Shown: positions 47,893 to 56,759 of the stretch, one piece after another
Layout: every line of letters starts with the position of its first letter
Position numbering within the stretch: the first letter of the stretch is position 1
From: Bifidobacteriaceae bacterium
GTDB taxonomy: Bacteria > Actinomycetota > Actinomycetes > Actinomycetales > WQXJ01
NCBI GenBank assembly: GCA_031270825.1
Contig: JAISXH010000011.1
Coordinates: 12,231-76,230 of the forward strand
Direction: 5' to 3'
DNA: 64,000 nt
Made by a program: the position numbers and the translations under genes
Notes under the pieces: model-generated
The model's input: only the letters and a program-made list of their open reading frames with translations
What the model was told of the DNA's origin: nothing
The model's database searches: none

Positions 47893-48629
47893 AAGCCCCA
47901 GCCGCTGATCAACAGCGATTATTGGTTGTGCAGTCCCACGACACACAACTGCACCGTCTGGCCCATCGACGCGCCAACTTGCCGGTCAAAGCTGAAATGG
48001 CGCTGGCCCAAGACCAGGAGCAGTTGGCGGGTGAAGAACTCGAGATCGCCAAAGCCAAGGCCGGCGACATCCGGCGCGACCTGACCCGGGTGGAGGACGA
48101 ACTCTCGAAGGTGGCCGGCCGCCACCGCCGCGACCGCGAGAGGCTGGAATCCGGGGGCGGCCAGTCGCGCGAGCTGCTGTCCCTGCAACAAGACCTGGAG
48201 CTGCTGGAACGCCGTCGCGACCGGCTCGAAGAAGAGGCGCTCGAGGTGATGGAAGTGCTCGAGGAGGCGCAGGCGGCGGTGGTGGGGCTGGAGGCGACCT
48301 TGAAGCGCCTGGGCGCGTTGAGCGCTGACTTGAGAGGGCGTCTGGACGGGCAACTGGCTGAGATCGCGTCTGCGGAGGCGGTCGAGCAGGCCGCCCGGGC
48401 GGCGGCCGCCGAAGGCCTGGACGAGGCCCTGGTCAAGCTCTATGAGCGACTGCGTGAGCGCTTGGGCGGGGTCGGGGCCGCCGCTTTGATCCGCCGGCGC
48501 TGCGAGGGCTGCGGCATGGACGTGAGCAGTTCTGACTTGGACGCGATTCGCGCCCTGGCCGCAGATGACGTGGCCCGCTGCGAGGAATGCGGCCGGATTC
48601 TGGTCCGGGGCGAGGACTCCGGCTTGTGA
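47889..48629 (+). CDS. Zinc-ribbon/coiled-coil protein (DUF164 family)
   Basis: Long coiled coil followed by CEGCGM...CEECGRIL. TTGA overlap with the nif3 stop. Confidence 0.8.
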   Translation: MKAPAADQQRLLVVQSHDTQLHRLAHRRANLPVKAEMALAQDQEQLAGEELEIAKAKAGDIRRDLTRVEDELSKVAGRHRRDRERLESGGGQSRELLSLQQDLELLERRRDRLEEEALEVMEVLEEAQAAVVGLEATLKRLGALSADLRGRLDGQLAEIASAEAVEQAARAAAAEGLDEALVKLYERLRERLGGVGAAALIRRRCEGCGMDVSSSDLDAIRALAADDVARCEECGRILVRGEDSGL

Positions 48630-49912
48630 AGCTGATTGTCGAAGCGGACGGGGGCTCGCGGGGCAATCCGGGGGTGGCGGGGTTCGGCGCCGTGGTTCGC
48701 GAGGCCGGGACCGGGCGCGTGCTGGCCGAGCGAGCCGCCTACCTGGGCGACGCGGTCACCAACAACGTCGCCGAATACTCCGGTCTGATCGCGGGCCTGC
48801 GCGCGGCCGGCGAAGTCGATCCGGCGGCGGCGGTGGAAGTCCGTATGGACTCCAAACTGGTCGTCTCGCAGATGTCGGGGGTCTGGAAGATCAAGAACCC
48901 GCAGTTGGCCAAGCTCGCCGCTGAGGCCCGCCGATTGATCGGCCGGCGGACAGTGGTGTTCAAATGGGTCCCGCGCGCCTCCAACCAGGCCGCTGACGCG
49001 CTGGCCAACCAGGTCATGGATTCGCGCGGCGCCATCGCCAATGGCGAAGATTCGCCGCTGGCCGCCGCGGCGGGTTCGCCAGCGGGTTCGGCTGGGGTTG
49101 CGGCGGTGGGTTCGCCAGTGGCAGCGGCGCCGGGTTCGCCAGCGGGTTCGGCCGGGGGCCCGGTGGCCGCCCGCCGCCCGGACCGGCCGGGGAATCCGAG
49201 GGCTTTGGACGATGCCGTGCGCCTGGCCCAAGCGGTCAGTTCCGGCGCCCAGCGTCATCCGGGGACGCCTGGCCCGATCACGACCGTGATCTTGATTCGC
49301 CATGGCATGTCGGTCGACACCGATCGGGATGTGTTCGCCGGCGGGGCGGTGCCCGGGCCGCCGCTTTCCGAAGCCGGGGCGCTTCAGGCCGTCGCGGCCG
49401 CCGACGAGTTGACACGCATGCTGGAAGCCCCCTGGTTCGCCTTGGAGCGGCCGTCGGTGCTGGTGTCTTCACCGACCAGGCGGGCCATGCAGACGGCCGA
49501 ACCGGTGGCGCGAGCCCTGGGCCTGACGGTCCACATCGACAGCGGCTTCGTCGAGGAGGACTTCGGGTTGTGGGATGGTCTGACCAAGGACCGGGTGGAG
49601 GCGCGCTGGCCGGGCGGCGTCGAGGCCTGGGCGGCGGACGCGGACTACGAGCCGGGCGGCGGCGAGTCGCGCCGCCAGGTCGGTGTGAGAGTCCAGGCGG
49701 CCTTGGCCCGCGTCGCCAGAGCCAACCTGGGCAAGACCATTGTGATCGCCTCCCATGCGATGGTGACCAGGGCCGCGATTGGCGCGGCCTTGGGCGCCTC
49801 GGCGCAGGCCTGGTTCGGAATCAGGATCGCGCCCGGATCGATCAGCGCGCTGCGGCTGTGGCCCCAGGGCCTGACCGAGGTGGTCTGCACGAACCGAACC
49901 GCCGCCAGGTAG
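48626..49912 (+). CDS. Bifunctional RNase H / histidine (CobC-like) phosphatase
   Basis: RNase HI part: IVEADGGSRGNPG, NNVAEYSGLIAGL. Phosphatase part: ILIRHGMS, ASHAMVTRA. GTG 48626 overlaps the upstream stop (GTGA). Repeat-rich linker. Confidence 0.85.
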   Translation: MKLIVEADGGSRGNPGVAGFGAVVREAGTGRVLAERAAYLGDAVTNNVAEYSGLIAGLRAAGEVDPAAAVEVRMDSKLVVSQMSGVWKIKNPQLAKLAAEARRLIGRRTVVFKWVPRASNQAADALANQVMDSRGAIANGEDSPLAAAAGSPAGSAGVAAVGSPVAAAPGSPAGSAGGPVAARRPDRPGNPRALDDAVRLAQAVSSGAQRHPGTPGPITTVILIRHGMSVDTDRDVFAGGAVPGPPLSEAGALQAVAAADELTRMLEAPWFALERPSVLVSSPTRRAMQTAEPVARALGLTVHIDSGFVEEDFGLWDGLTKDRVEARWPGGVEAWAADADYEPGGGESRRQVGVRVQAALARVARANLGKTIVIASHAMVTRAAIGAALGASAQAWFGIRIAPGSISALRLWPQGLTEVVCTNRTAAR

Positions 49913-49920
49913 GGTGGATG

Positions 49921-50307
49921 CCGGATGAGTCGGCTGGACGGCCGCGTCGGGCATCGCGCCTCTTCTTAGGGGGACGCCGGTCCCGCCGAGGAAAGTCCGG
50001 GCTCCGCAGAGCAGGGCGGTGGGCAACACCCACCCGGGGCGACCCGCGGGAAAGTGCCACAGAAATCAGACCGCCGGGGCGCCGCATGGCGCCGCGGTAA
50101 GGGTGAAACGGTGGTGTAAGAGACCACCAGCGCCCAGGGTGACCTGGGCGGCTCGGTAAACCCCGCCCGGAGCAAGGCCAGACAGGTGGCGTTCGAGGGC
50201 TGCTCGCCCGAGCCACCGGGTAGGCCGCTGGAGGCCCGCGGCAACGCAGGTCCTAGATGGATGGCCGTCTTCAATGACAGAACCCGGCTTACAGGCCGGC
50301 TCATCCG
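49921..50307 (+). ncRNA. rnpB: RNase P RNA, bacterial type A
   Basis: GAGGAAAGTCCGGGCTCC and ACAGAACCCGGCTTA universally conserved blocks. P1 pairing cggatgag...ctcatccg. Confidence 0.9.
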
Positions 50308-50389
50308 CCCTCGTCCCGCCCCGTCCGCTGTTCGCGACCGGGCCGTCGCGGACGGCGGGTCGCGGCGGGGAGATCGCTGGCCGGGATGA

Positions 50390-51238
50390 TCAGGCGTTGA
50401 GCGATGGCGGGGCGGCAGGCGGGGCGGGGGTGGCGGCCGTGGCCGGCGTGGTGCGCAGCGCCGGGGTCGCCGCCGCCTGCGCGCTGGCCGCGTCCTGCCA
50501 GGCCAGGACGGCCGCGCCGACAATCCCGGCGCTGTTGCGCAGGGCGGCGGGGACAATCTTGGGCCGGAGGTGTAGCAGGGGCAGGAACTTGTCATGTTTG
50601 CGCGAGATGCCGCCGCCCACCACGATCAGGTCGGGCCAGAGCAGGCGGTCGATCTCGGTGAAGTAGCGTTGCAACCGCCGCGCCCACTTAGCCCAGGTCA
50701 GCGACTCTCTTTCTTTGGCCGATGCCGCCGCCCACTTTTCGGCGTCCTTGCCGTTGATGGTGAGGTGCCCCAGTTCGGCGTTGGGCCAGAGCTTGCCGGC
50801 GGTGATCAGGGCCACGCCGATGCCCGTCCCCAGCGTCATGACCGCGACCGTGCCGGGGTGATCTTTGGCCACGCCGAAGGCGACTTCGGCATAGCCGGCC
50901 GCGTCAGCGTCGTTGACCACGGTGGTGTTGCGCCCGGTGCCCCGGCGAACCGCCTCGGCCAGGTTGACACCAACCCAGGATTGGTCCAGGTTGGCCATCC
51001 ACGGCACCACGCCGCTCAGAATCGGGGCCGGGAAGGACACGCCGACCGGCACTGACTGGTCAAGGTCGAAGTGGTCTAAGAGTTCCGCGATCACACCGAC
51101 CACCGCTTCGGGGGTGGCGGGCTGCGGAGTCAGGATCTTGAAGCGCTCCTCGGTCAGTTCGCCGGTGTCGAGATCGACCGGCGCGCCCTTGATCCCGGAA
51201 CCGCCGACGTCCACGCCAAAGGCTGTCTTTGCGGGCAT
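50390..51238 (-). CDS. ppgK: Polyphosphate glucokinase (ROK family)
   Basis: [20 protein letters not shown] layout with a C-terminal Ala/Pro tail. Confidence 0.86.
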   Translation of the reverse strand: MPAKTAFGVDVGGSGIKGAPVDLDTGELTEERFKILTPQPATPEAVVGVIAELLDHFDLDQSVPVGVSFPAPILSGVVPWMANLDQSWVGVNLAEAVRRGTGRNTTVVNDADAAGYAEVAFGVAKDHPGTVAVMTLGTGIGVALITAGKLWPNAELGHLTINGKDAEKWAAASAKERESLTWAKWARRLQRYFTEIDRLLWPDLIVVGGGISRKHDKFLPLLHLRPKIVPAALRNSAGIVGAAVLAWQDAASAQAAATPALRTTPATAATPAPPAAPPSLNA

Positions 51239-51387
51239 AGTGATCCTCCTCGGCCTGACCTAAACGATACTTCCCCAATCTTCGCACACGGGCCTTTGCC
51301 TGGGCTGGGCCGCTTTCCCGCGGTCTCGTGGCGGCCGCTGGCGCCGGCCTGAGCTCCGGCCTGGTTCGCGCCGCAGGGTAGCCTGGG

Positions 51388-52200
51388 TTGGTGCTGGTGC
51401 CAGTGACCGACCCGGCAGACCCGCGACTGGAGCTGTATTTCCATCTCACCGACGTGTCGCTGAGAACCCGATTCGAACCGGAACGGGGCCTGTTCATGGC
51501 TGAATCGGCCCAGGTGATCGGCCGGGCCCTGGACGCGGGCGTGGAGCCCTATTCAGTGCTGATGACGCCGAAATGGGTTGAGCCATTGGACGGGCTGATC
51601 GGGCGCTTGGCGCCCGGCGTGCCGGTCTATGTCGGCGTGGACGAGTTGCTCCACCAGGTGACCGGGTTCCACGTCCACCGGGGCGCGGTGGCGGCGATGC
51701 GCCGCCCGGCCCTGCCCACCTGGGAGGTGGTGGTGGGCGGCGCGCGCCGCCTGTGTGTGATCGAAGACGTGGTCGACCACACCAACCTGGGCGCGATCTT
51801 CCGTTCGGCGGCGGTCTTGGGCGTCGATGCGGTCCTGGTGACGCCGCGCGGCGCCGATCCGCTCTACCGCCGTTCGGTCCGGGTCTCGATGGGCACGGTC
51901 TTCCAGGTCCCGTGGGCCCGCATCGATCCCTGGCCGGGCGCTTTGGTGGGGCTGAAGGGCGACGGTTGGCATGTCGCCGCCTTGGCGCCGGACGGTGACA
52001 GGTACGATGCCGTGCCCCTCGACAGATTCGCCTCCCACCTCCCGGCCCGCTTGGCTTTGCTGGTGGGAACTGAGGGCGATGGCCTGACGGCGGATGCGCT
52101 GGCGCTGGCCGATTCGGTGGTCGCCATACCGATGGCGGCGGGGGTGGACTCGCTGAATGTGGCGGCGGCATCGGCGGTGGCGTTCTGGGCCACTCGCTGA
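51388..52200 (+). CDS. TrmH/SpoU-family RNA 2'-O-methyltransferase
   Basis: NLGAIFRSAAVLGVD, LLVGTEGDGL and IPMAAGVDSLNVAAASAV motifs. Confidence 0.85.
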   Translation: MVLVPVTDPADPRLELYFHLTDVSLRTRFEPERGLFMAESAQVIGRALDAGVEPYSVLMTPKWVEPLDGLIGRLAPGVPVYVGVDELLHQVTGFHVHRGAVAAMRRPALPTWEVVVGGARRLCVIEDVVDHTNLGAIFRSAAVLGVDAVLVTPRGADPLYRRSVRVSMGTVFQVPWARIDPWPGALVGLKGDGWHVAALAPDGDRYDAVPLDRFASHLPARLALLVGTEGDGLTADALALADSVVAIPMAAGVDSLNVAAASAVAFWATR

Positions 52201-52220
52201 CCGAGCCGTTCGGGGCGCCC
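52142..52220 (+). repeat. Left copy of island-flanking direct repeat (3' end of the TrmH-family gene plus ~20 nt)
   Basis: Hand-aligns to 58051-58126 with 68 of 76 aligned positions identical and one 3-nt indel. Includes perfect runs of 15 and 21 nt. Confidence 0.85.
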
Positions 52221-52883
52221 GGGGCCAGGATCGCCCACCCGGAGCCGCGCCGCCCAAGACAAGCGCGCCGCATCCCCTCTGGCCCTGGCCGCGAAGCTCG
52301 CAATGCCAAAGTGCTGACAAGCGCAGCCCGATGTGGCCGCCCGCCCGCGCGACCTGGTGGCTAGGCATCTGCCGACGCGCCGGCGTCCTGGCCGCCTGTC
52401 AGCGATAGCGGTCCCTCATCGAAGCGACGCAGGGCAAGGGGTACCGCCTCGCTTCCCCGCGCGACGAGCGTTGACGACCCCGACCAGCGGTTTTGTACGG
52501 GCCGACCGCCTGACCAGCACCAATGCCCAAAGCCAGGCCTGCGCCGCGCGCCCTCGCGGGTGGGCGCGTCATGAGGCTGGTCGGCGCGGGGGCCGCGGCT
52601 CTGGCCGGGCTGCGGCGCGTCCTGGGGGCCCGGGCCGGTCTGCTCGACGCACCCGGGAGGCCTGTCCGTCAGCGCGATCACCGGCCTGAAACGGGCCGGT
52701 GGTCCGCGTTGGGGTAGCCTTTCGCCGGGCAGCCGGTTTGACCGGTGACGGGGGGGCGAATATTGTGTGGCAAGCTGACGGGAGCAGAAATGGCTTATCG
52801 CGTGCCTCTCCTGGCGCAAACAGGGTGCGCTCACTATTCAGGACGGATGTGAGAAGTCGATGGCAAATACGGGTATTCGCTAA

Positions 52884-52961
52884 ATGATAGTGATCGGTGC
52901 GTGCAGCGCTCTCGCGGGGATTGGCCTGTTGGTGGCACCTGCTCTGTGGCAGTGCAACTGA
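52884..52961 (+). CDS. Candidate small ORF, 25-aa hydrophobic peptide MIVIGACSALAGIGLLVAPALWQCN
   Basis: ATG..TGA read directly in the lower-GC leader of the island. No clear SD. Not in the ORF track because it is too short. Confidence 0.2.
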   Translation: MIVIGACSALAGIGLLVAPALWQCN

Positions 52962-52978
52962 CGGGCCCGGTCTCGCCG

Positions 52979-53095
52979 ATGGGGACGAAATACACCGGGA
53001 CCTATGCTGCGTCTACAGGGCCGACGAATCAGACTACTTACTTCAGGCCGGTTGGGGCACGGCACTGGTCCGGCGGCACAATGAAGACCACCTGA
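52979..53095 (+). CDS. Candidate small ORF, 38-aa Thr/Gly-rich peptide (GTG 52901 would give 64 aa)
   Basis: MGTKYTGTYAASTGPTNQTTYFRPVGARHWSGGTMKTT. The stop lies 3 nt before, and in the same frame as, the lipoprotein ATG at 53099. Confidence 0.25.
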   Translation: MGTKYTGTYAASTGPTNQTTYFRPVGARHWSGGTMKTT

Positions 53096-53098
53096 CGC

Positions 53099-53743
53099 AT
53101 GGTGGCGGCAAGAAGACGCGCCGCGCGGCCCGCGATCTTGGCCGGCCTGGCGCTGACGGCTTCGGCGCTGGCCGGCTGCGCTGGTGACGCTGGCGAGGCG
53201 CCCGCTCCGACCACCTTCGAAGGCGTTCTGGCGGAGGCGACAGAACGTGGCTATTGGGCGCTGGACAGACTCGAGGACGGCGAGGTCACCTTTGACGAGC
53301 TGGAGTGGGCGCACGACCAATGGGAGGGCTGCGTCAATCAGATCGGTTACAACGTGATCGCCCTTGATTCATGGCGCAGCCCCGTGGACGGAACCCTGGG
53401 CGGCCTCTGGTATGACTGGAACGGTCAGGAGCCGGCGCCGGATCAAGACGACCCGGTGCTGGGGGAGAAGATTGAGGCCTGCTTCGCCGACTTCGACTTG
53501 GAGCTACTGTCTTTGGCCTACTCCGTGGGCCACGAACAGGTGATGGATGAGCCGCTGCGGCAATACACGCTTGAGTGCTTGGGGGAGGCCGATTTGAAGC
53601 CAGATCCGAGCGACCAGTCCGTGCCGGACCTGATGGCGGACCCGGGCGTGGGTGAGGGCGCCTTCTACCTTGTTGAGGCTTGCGTCACCAAGGGCGTTGA
53701 GGAGCTCTATCCCGAAGTCCTACAAGTGTCAGTGGGCTACTGA
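53099..53743 (+). CDS. Acidic lipoprotein, unknown function
   Basis: Signal peptide plus lipobox LALTASALAGCAGD. Four further Cys. No recognisable family. Confidence 0.6.
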   Translation: MVAARRRAARPAILAGLALTASALAGCAGDAGEAPAPTTFEGVLAEATERGYWALDRLEDGEVTFDELEWAHDQWEGCVNQIGYNVIALDSWRSPVDGTLGGLWYDWNGQEPAPDQDDPVLGEKIEACFADFDLELLSLAYSVGHEQVMDEPLRQYTLECLGEADLKPDPSDQSVPDLMADPGVGEGAFYLVEACVTKGVEELYPEVLQVSVGY

Positions 53744-53745
53744 GA

Positions 53746-54846
53746 GTGGGTCGATTACTCCAGGGAACAGCGGTCGTCGGGCTGCTGGTATGGGTCGCGG
53801 CGCCGTTGGCGGGTTTGGCGTTGCTGGAACGCCAGGACGGTGAGGCCGTCTTCGCGGAGGTCGAGCCAGTCTTTGTGCCCGTCCAGCCGGCGCCGGACAC
53901 AGAGGTGCGCGAGGTCGGCTTAGCGTTGAATTGGTCCGATCCCGCCCAACTCGTCGCTCCGGCTTGGCAGGGAGTGGTGGATCGGGTGTTGGTGGCGCCC
54001 GGGGATCGGGTGGCGCACGGGTCGGCGTTGCTCAGCCTGGACGGGATCGAGCGCATAGCCTGGGCCACGTCGGGCGCCTTCTACCGGCAATTGGCACTGC
54101 GGGACAAAGGGCCTGATGTCGAATGGCTAAACCAGGCGCTGGCAGCCGCGGGACTGCGCCACGCCGCCGGCGCCGAGTTCACGGCCGAGACCGCGGCCGG
54201 GGTCAAAGAGTTCGCAGCGTCCATCGGGGCGCCTGCGAACAATGGAGTGTTCGACCCCGGCTGGGTGGTGTTTCTGCCGATCGCGGAATTGGTGATCAAA
54301 GAGGTGGCTGTCAGCGCCGGCTTGCCGGCGCCGCCGCCCGGATCGGTTCTGCTCCAAGCGCAAGTCCAACTGGTGTCAGCCGTCCTGATCGGCCTGGACG
54401 TCTTGGAACGCCGTGAGTCTGAAGCGAACGACCAGGCAGGCGCGGTTGATCCGGTGGCCCCCGCCGACGAGGTGTTGGCGGTGGACGAGACCTTGTTGGT
54501 GGACGGCCTAGACCTGGCGCTGAACGATGCTCGGGACGGTCTGGGGCCGCAGGCCCTGGCCACCTTAGATGGCAGGGTGCAGCCTGGTCTGGCCAGTCTG
54601 CGCGCGCAGGTGCGGCGGCCCAGCGGCGCCGATGCCGTCAGGGTGCCTACCGCTGCCGTCTTTGACTCGGGCGGCGGTTCCGCGTGCGTGGTTGTGGCGG
54701 CTGGAGCGGGTGACCCGGGCGTCGTCGAGGTCGAGTTGATCTGGGACGACTCGGGCTTCAGCGTTGTTCGCCCGCTCCTGGAGGGCGCTTTGGACGGGGC
54801 CAAGGTGCGCCTGCCCGGCGGTGGTCCGGCCGCGGTGTGCGGGTGA
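53746..54846 (+). CDS. Membrane-fusion (HlyD/MacA-like) adaptor with peptidoglycan-binding domain
   Basis: N-terminal TM segment. Barrel-sandwich-like GVVDRVLVAPGDRVAHGSALLSLD. PG_binding_1-like VEWLNQALAAAGL...TAAGVKEFAASIG. Confidence 0.68.
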   Translation: MGRLLQGTAVVGLLVWVAAPLAGLALLERQDGEAVFAEVEPVFVPVQPAPDTEVREVGLALNWSDPAQLVAPAWQGVVDRVLVAPGDRVAHGSALLSLDGIERIAWATSGAFYRQLALRDKGPDVEWLNQALAAAGLRHAAGAEFTAETAAGVKEFAASIGAPANNGVFDPGWVVFLPIAELVIKEVAVSAGLPAPPPGSVLLQAQVQLVSAVLIGLDVLERRESEANDQAGAVDPVAPADEVLAVDETLLVDGLDLALNDARDGLGPQALATLDGRVQPGLASLRAQVRRPSGADAVRVPTAAVFDSGGGSACVVVAAGAGDPGVVEVELIWDDSGFSVVRPLLEGALDGAKVRLPGGGPAAVCG

Positions 54847-55457
54847 CAGCCGTGGCGGCCGGCGTTGAAGTGGTCGGGTTGACGCATGGGTTCGAGGATC
54901 GGGTGCTGTTCGCGGACTTGTCCTGGTCGGTGCCAGGCGGGTCGATCACAGCGGTGATGGGTCCCTCAGGCGTGGGTAAGTCAACCCTGTTGGCGTTGAT
55001 CGCTGGGCACTTGACCCCATGGCAGGGGCAGATCCGAACGGCCGGAGCGGTGGAATGGATCGTCCAGTCGGTGCCTATGCTGGAGCGCCGCAGCGCGCTC
55101 GACAACGCCGCCATGGGGCTGATCGCCCAGCGCGTCAAGTGGGAAGAGGCGCGCCAGCGCGCCCAAACCGCTCTGGAAAACTTCGCGCTGGGCGCTTCGG
55201 CTGCCACGCGCGTGGCAGAATTGTCCGGCGGCGAGCGGCAACGGGTGGCCGTGGTCCGGTCGGTCTTGAGGGGCGCGCCGGTGCTACTGGCCGACGAACC
55301 GACGGCCTCACTCGACCCGGCCACCTGCGAGTCGATCTGCGACGCGCTGGTGGCCAGCGCCCGCGCCGGGGCGTCGGTGCTGGTGGCGACCCACGATCCG
55401 GCGGTCGCGGCCCGCTGCGAGAAGGTCTTGGATCTTTCGGTATGCGCTCGCGCCTGA
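54837..55457 (+). CDS. ABC transporter ATP-binding protein (MacB/LolD-like)
   Basis: Walker A GPSGVGKST, signature LSGGERQRVAVVRS, Walker B VLLADEPTASLD. GTG start overlaps the upstream stop. Confidence 0.88.
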   Translation: MRVTAVAAGVEVVGLTHGFEDRVLFADLSWSVPGGSITAVMGPSGVGKSTLLALIAGHLTPWQGQIRTAGAVEWIVQSVPMLERRSALDNAAMGLIAQRVKWEEARQRAQTALENFALGASAATRVAELSGGERQRVAVVRSVLRGAPVLLADEPTASLDPATCESICDALVASARAGASVLVATHDPAVAARCEKVLDLSVCARA

Positions 55458-56542
55458 ACCGACCGGTCCGGCCGCCGGCCGGGATCGGGGCCGCCCAAGC
55501 CGCGGCTGAGACTCTCAGGAATCTGGCGGCGGCGTTCTGGAGGGCGACTCTGACCGCTGTCGCGGCCGCTGTCTTTGGGATTGGGATTGTCACGGCGACG
55601 GTGCTAGACACATCCGCAATCGAGCGCCAGTACCTGACCGAGCGGGACAAGGGGGCCTATGTTTTCGAGGCCCGCTCTGGCAACACCGACGGCTTGGACG
55701 GCGCGCGCTGTTCGCAATTCGCGCGTGTCGACGGGACGCTGGCGGCGGGAGCCGCGCTGTCTGAGGAAACGGTGGCTCTAGCCTCGGCCCCGGGCCAAGC
55801 AATCAGACTGGTCAGAGCCACACTGGGGACGGCCCAGGTGGCCTGGCCAGGTCAGGCGGACCTGGCGCGTTCCTCGACGGTGGTGGGCCAGGATCTGGCG
55901 GAGAAGTTCGGGTTGGCCGTCGGCCAAGAGGTCGCTCTAGCCAACGGCGGAACACTGACGGTGGACGCCATCGGGGCTGGGGAGGCGCGAATTGGCGGCT
56001 ATTCCTTGGCAATCGTTGTCGCGGCGGTGCCGCGGTCCGGCGAGCGATCGGCCAGTTGTGTGATCGAAGCCCGCCCCGGCCACCAGGCGGCCATCCGGCA
56101 GGCTCTGAGCGGCTGGTTCGACCCGGCCGACAAGGTGGTCGTGTTCGAGTTGTTCGAGCGCAGCGCCGGAGCCGAGGATCCGGCGACGCGCCTGCGCGGC
56201 CGGGTGTCGGCCCGGATCGCGGCCGGGCTGGGCGCTGTTGCTCTGGTCGGGTCGTGCGCTGGGTGGTGGGCGCGGCGGCGCGATGTGTCGCTGTACAGGA
56301 TGCTCGGCGCCCGGTCATGCGACCTGCTGGCCATGGCAACGACCGAATGCCTGGTTGTTTTGGTGCTGCCAGCCATGACGGGCGCGGGTTTGGCGGTCTT
56401 CGCAATGGCGCCAGAAGGATTGGTGGCGGCGGCGGTGTCGCGCGATCTGTTGCGCTTCCTGGCGTTCGGGGCCTTGGCGCCGGTGGCGGCGGTCCTGTTG
56501 TTGGGTCGGGTGCGGCCGTGGGACGGGGTCCGCGGCGTTTGA
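55442..56542 (+). CDS. FtsX/MacB-type ABC permease
   Basis: Trimmed to ATG 55442, a 16-nt overlap with the ATPase gene. TM1, a ~200-aa extracytoplasmic domain, then three C-terminal TM segments (FtsX-like). Confidence 0.75.
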   Translation: MRSRLNRPVRPPAGIGAAQAAAETLRNLAAAFWRATLTAVAAAVFGIGIVTATVLDTSAIERQYLTERDKGAYVFEARSGNTDGLDGARCSQFARVDGTLAAGAALSEETVALASAPGQAIRLVRATLGTAQVAWPGQADLARSSTVVGQDLAEKFGLAVGQEVALANGGTLTVDAIGAGEARIGGYSLAIVVAAVPRSGERSASCVIEARPGHQAAIRQALSGWFDPADKVVVFELFERSAGAEDPATRLRGRVSARIAAGLGAVALVGSCAGWWARRRDVSLYRMLGARSCDLLAMATTECLVVLVLPAMTGAGLAVFAMAPEGLVAAAVSRDLLRFLAFGALAPVAAVLLLGRVRPWDGVRGV

Positions 56543-56759
56543 GCCAACCCGGGCGGGCGAGCTCGGCAAGACTAAGCCCGCCGTGGATTCGCGTTGACCA
56601 CGAGCCCCCCGGCTCACTGGTGGGAGCCCAATGGGGTCGTGGTGGGGTCTTGGCGGGGTCTTGGCCCTATGGGCGCCGAAACATCGGAGGTGCCGGGGGC
56701 TCCAGAGTTCGGGATCCGACCGACGCCGACTCTAGGGCGGGGGAATTGTTCATGCACCC

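Noticed and set aside
48626-49912. RNase H domain as part of a retroelement or retron.
   Set aside because: No reverse transcriptase is nearby. The domain is fused to a CobC-like phosphatase in the conserved Nif3/zinc-ribbon/RNase H trio known from other actinobacteria (M. tuberculosis Rv2228c-Rv2230c).
52571-52717. 48-aa ORF (MRLVGAGAAALAGLRRVLGARAGLL...) with high third-position GC in the island's non-coding block.
   Set aside because: High GC3 is also expected by chance in this composition. There is no SD, no motif, and it overlaps equally plausible ORFs in other frames.
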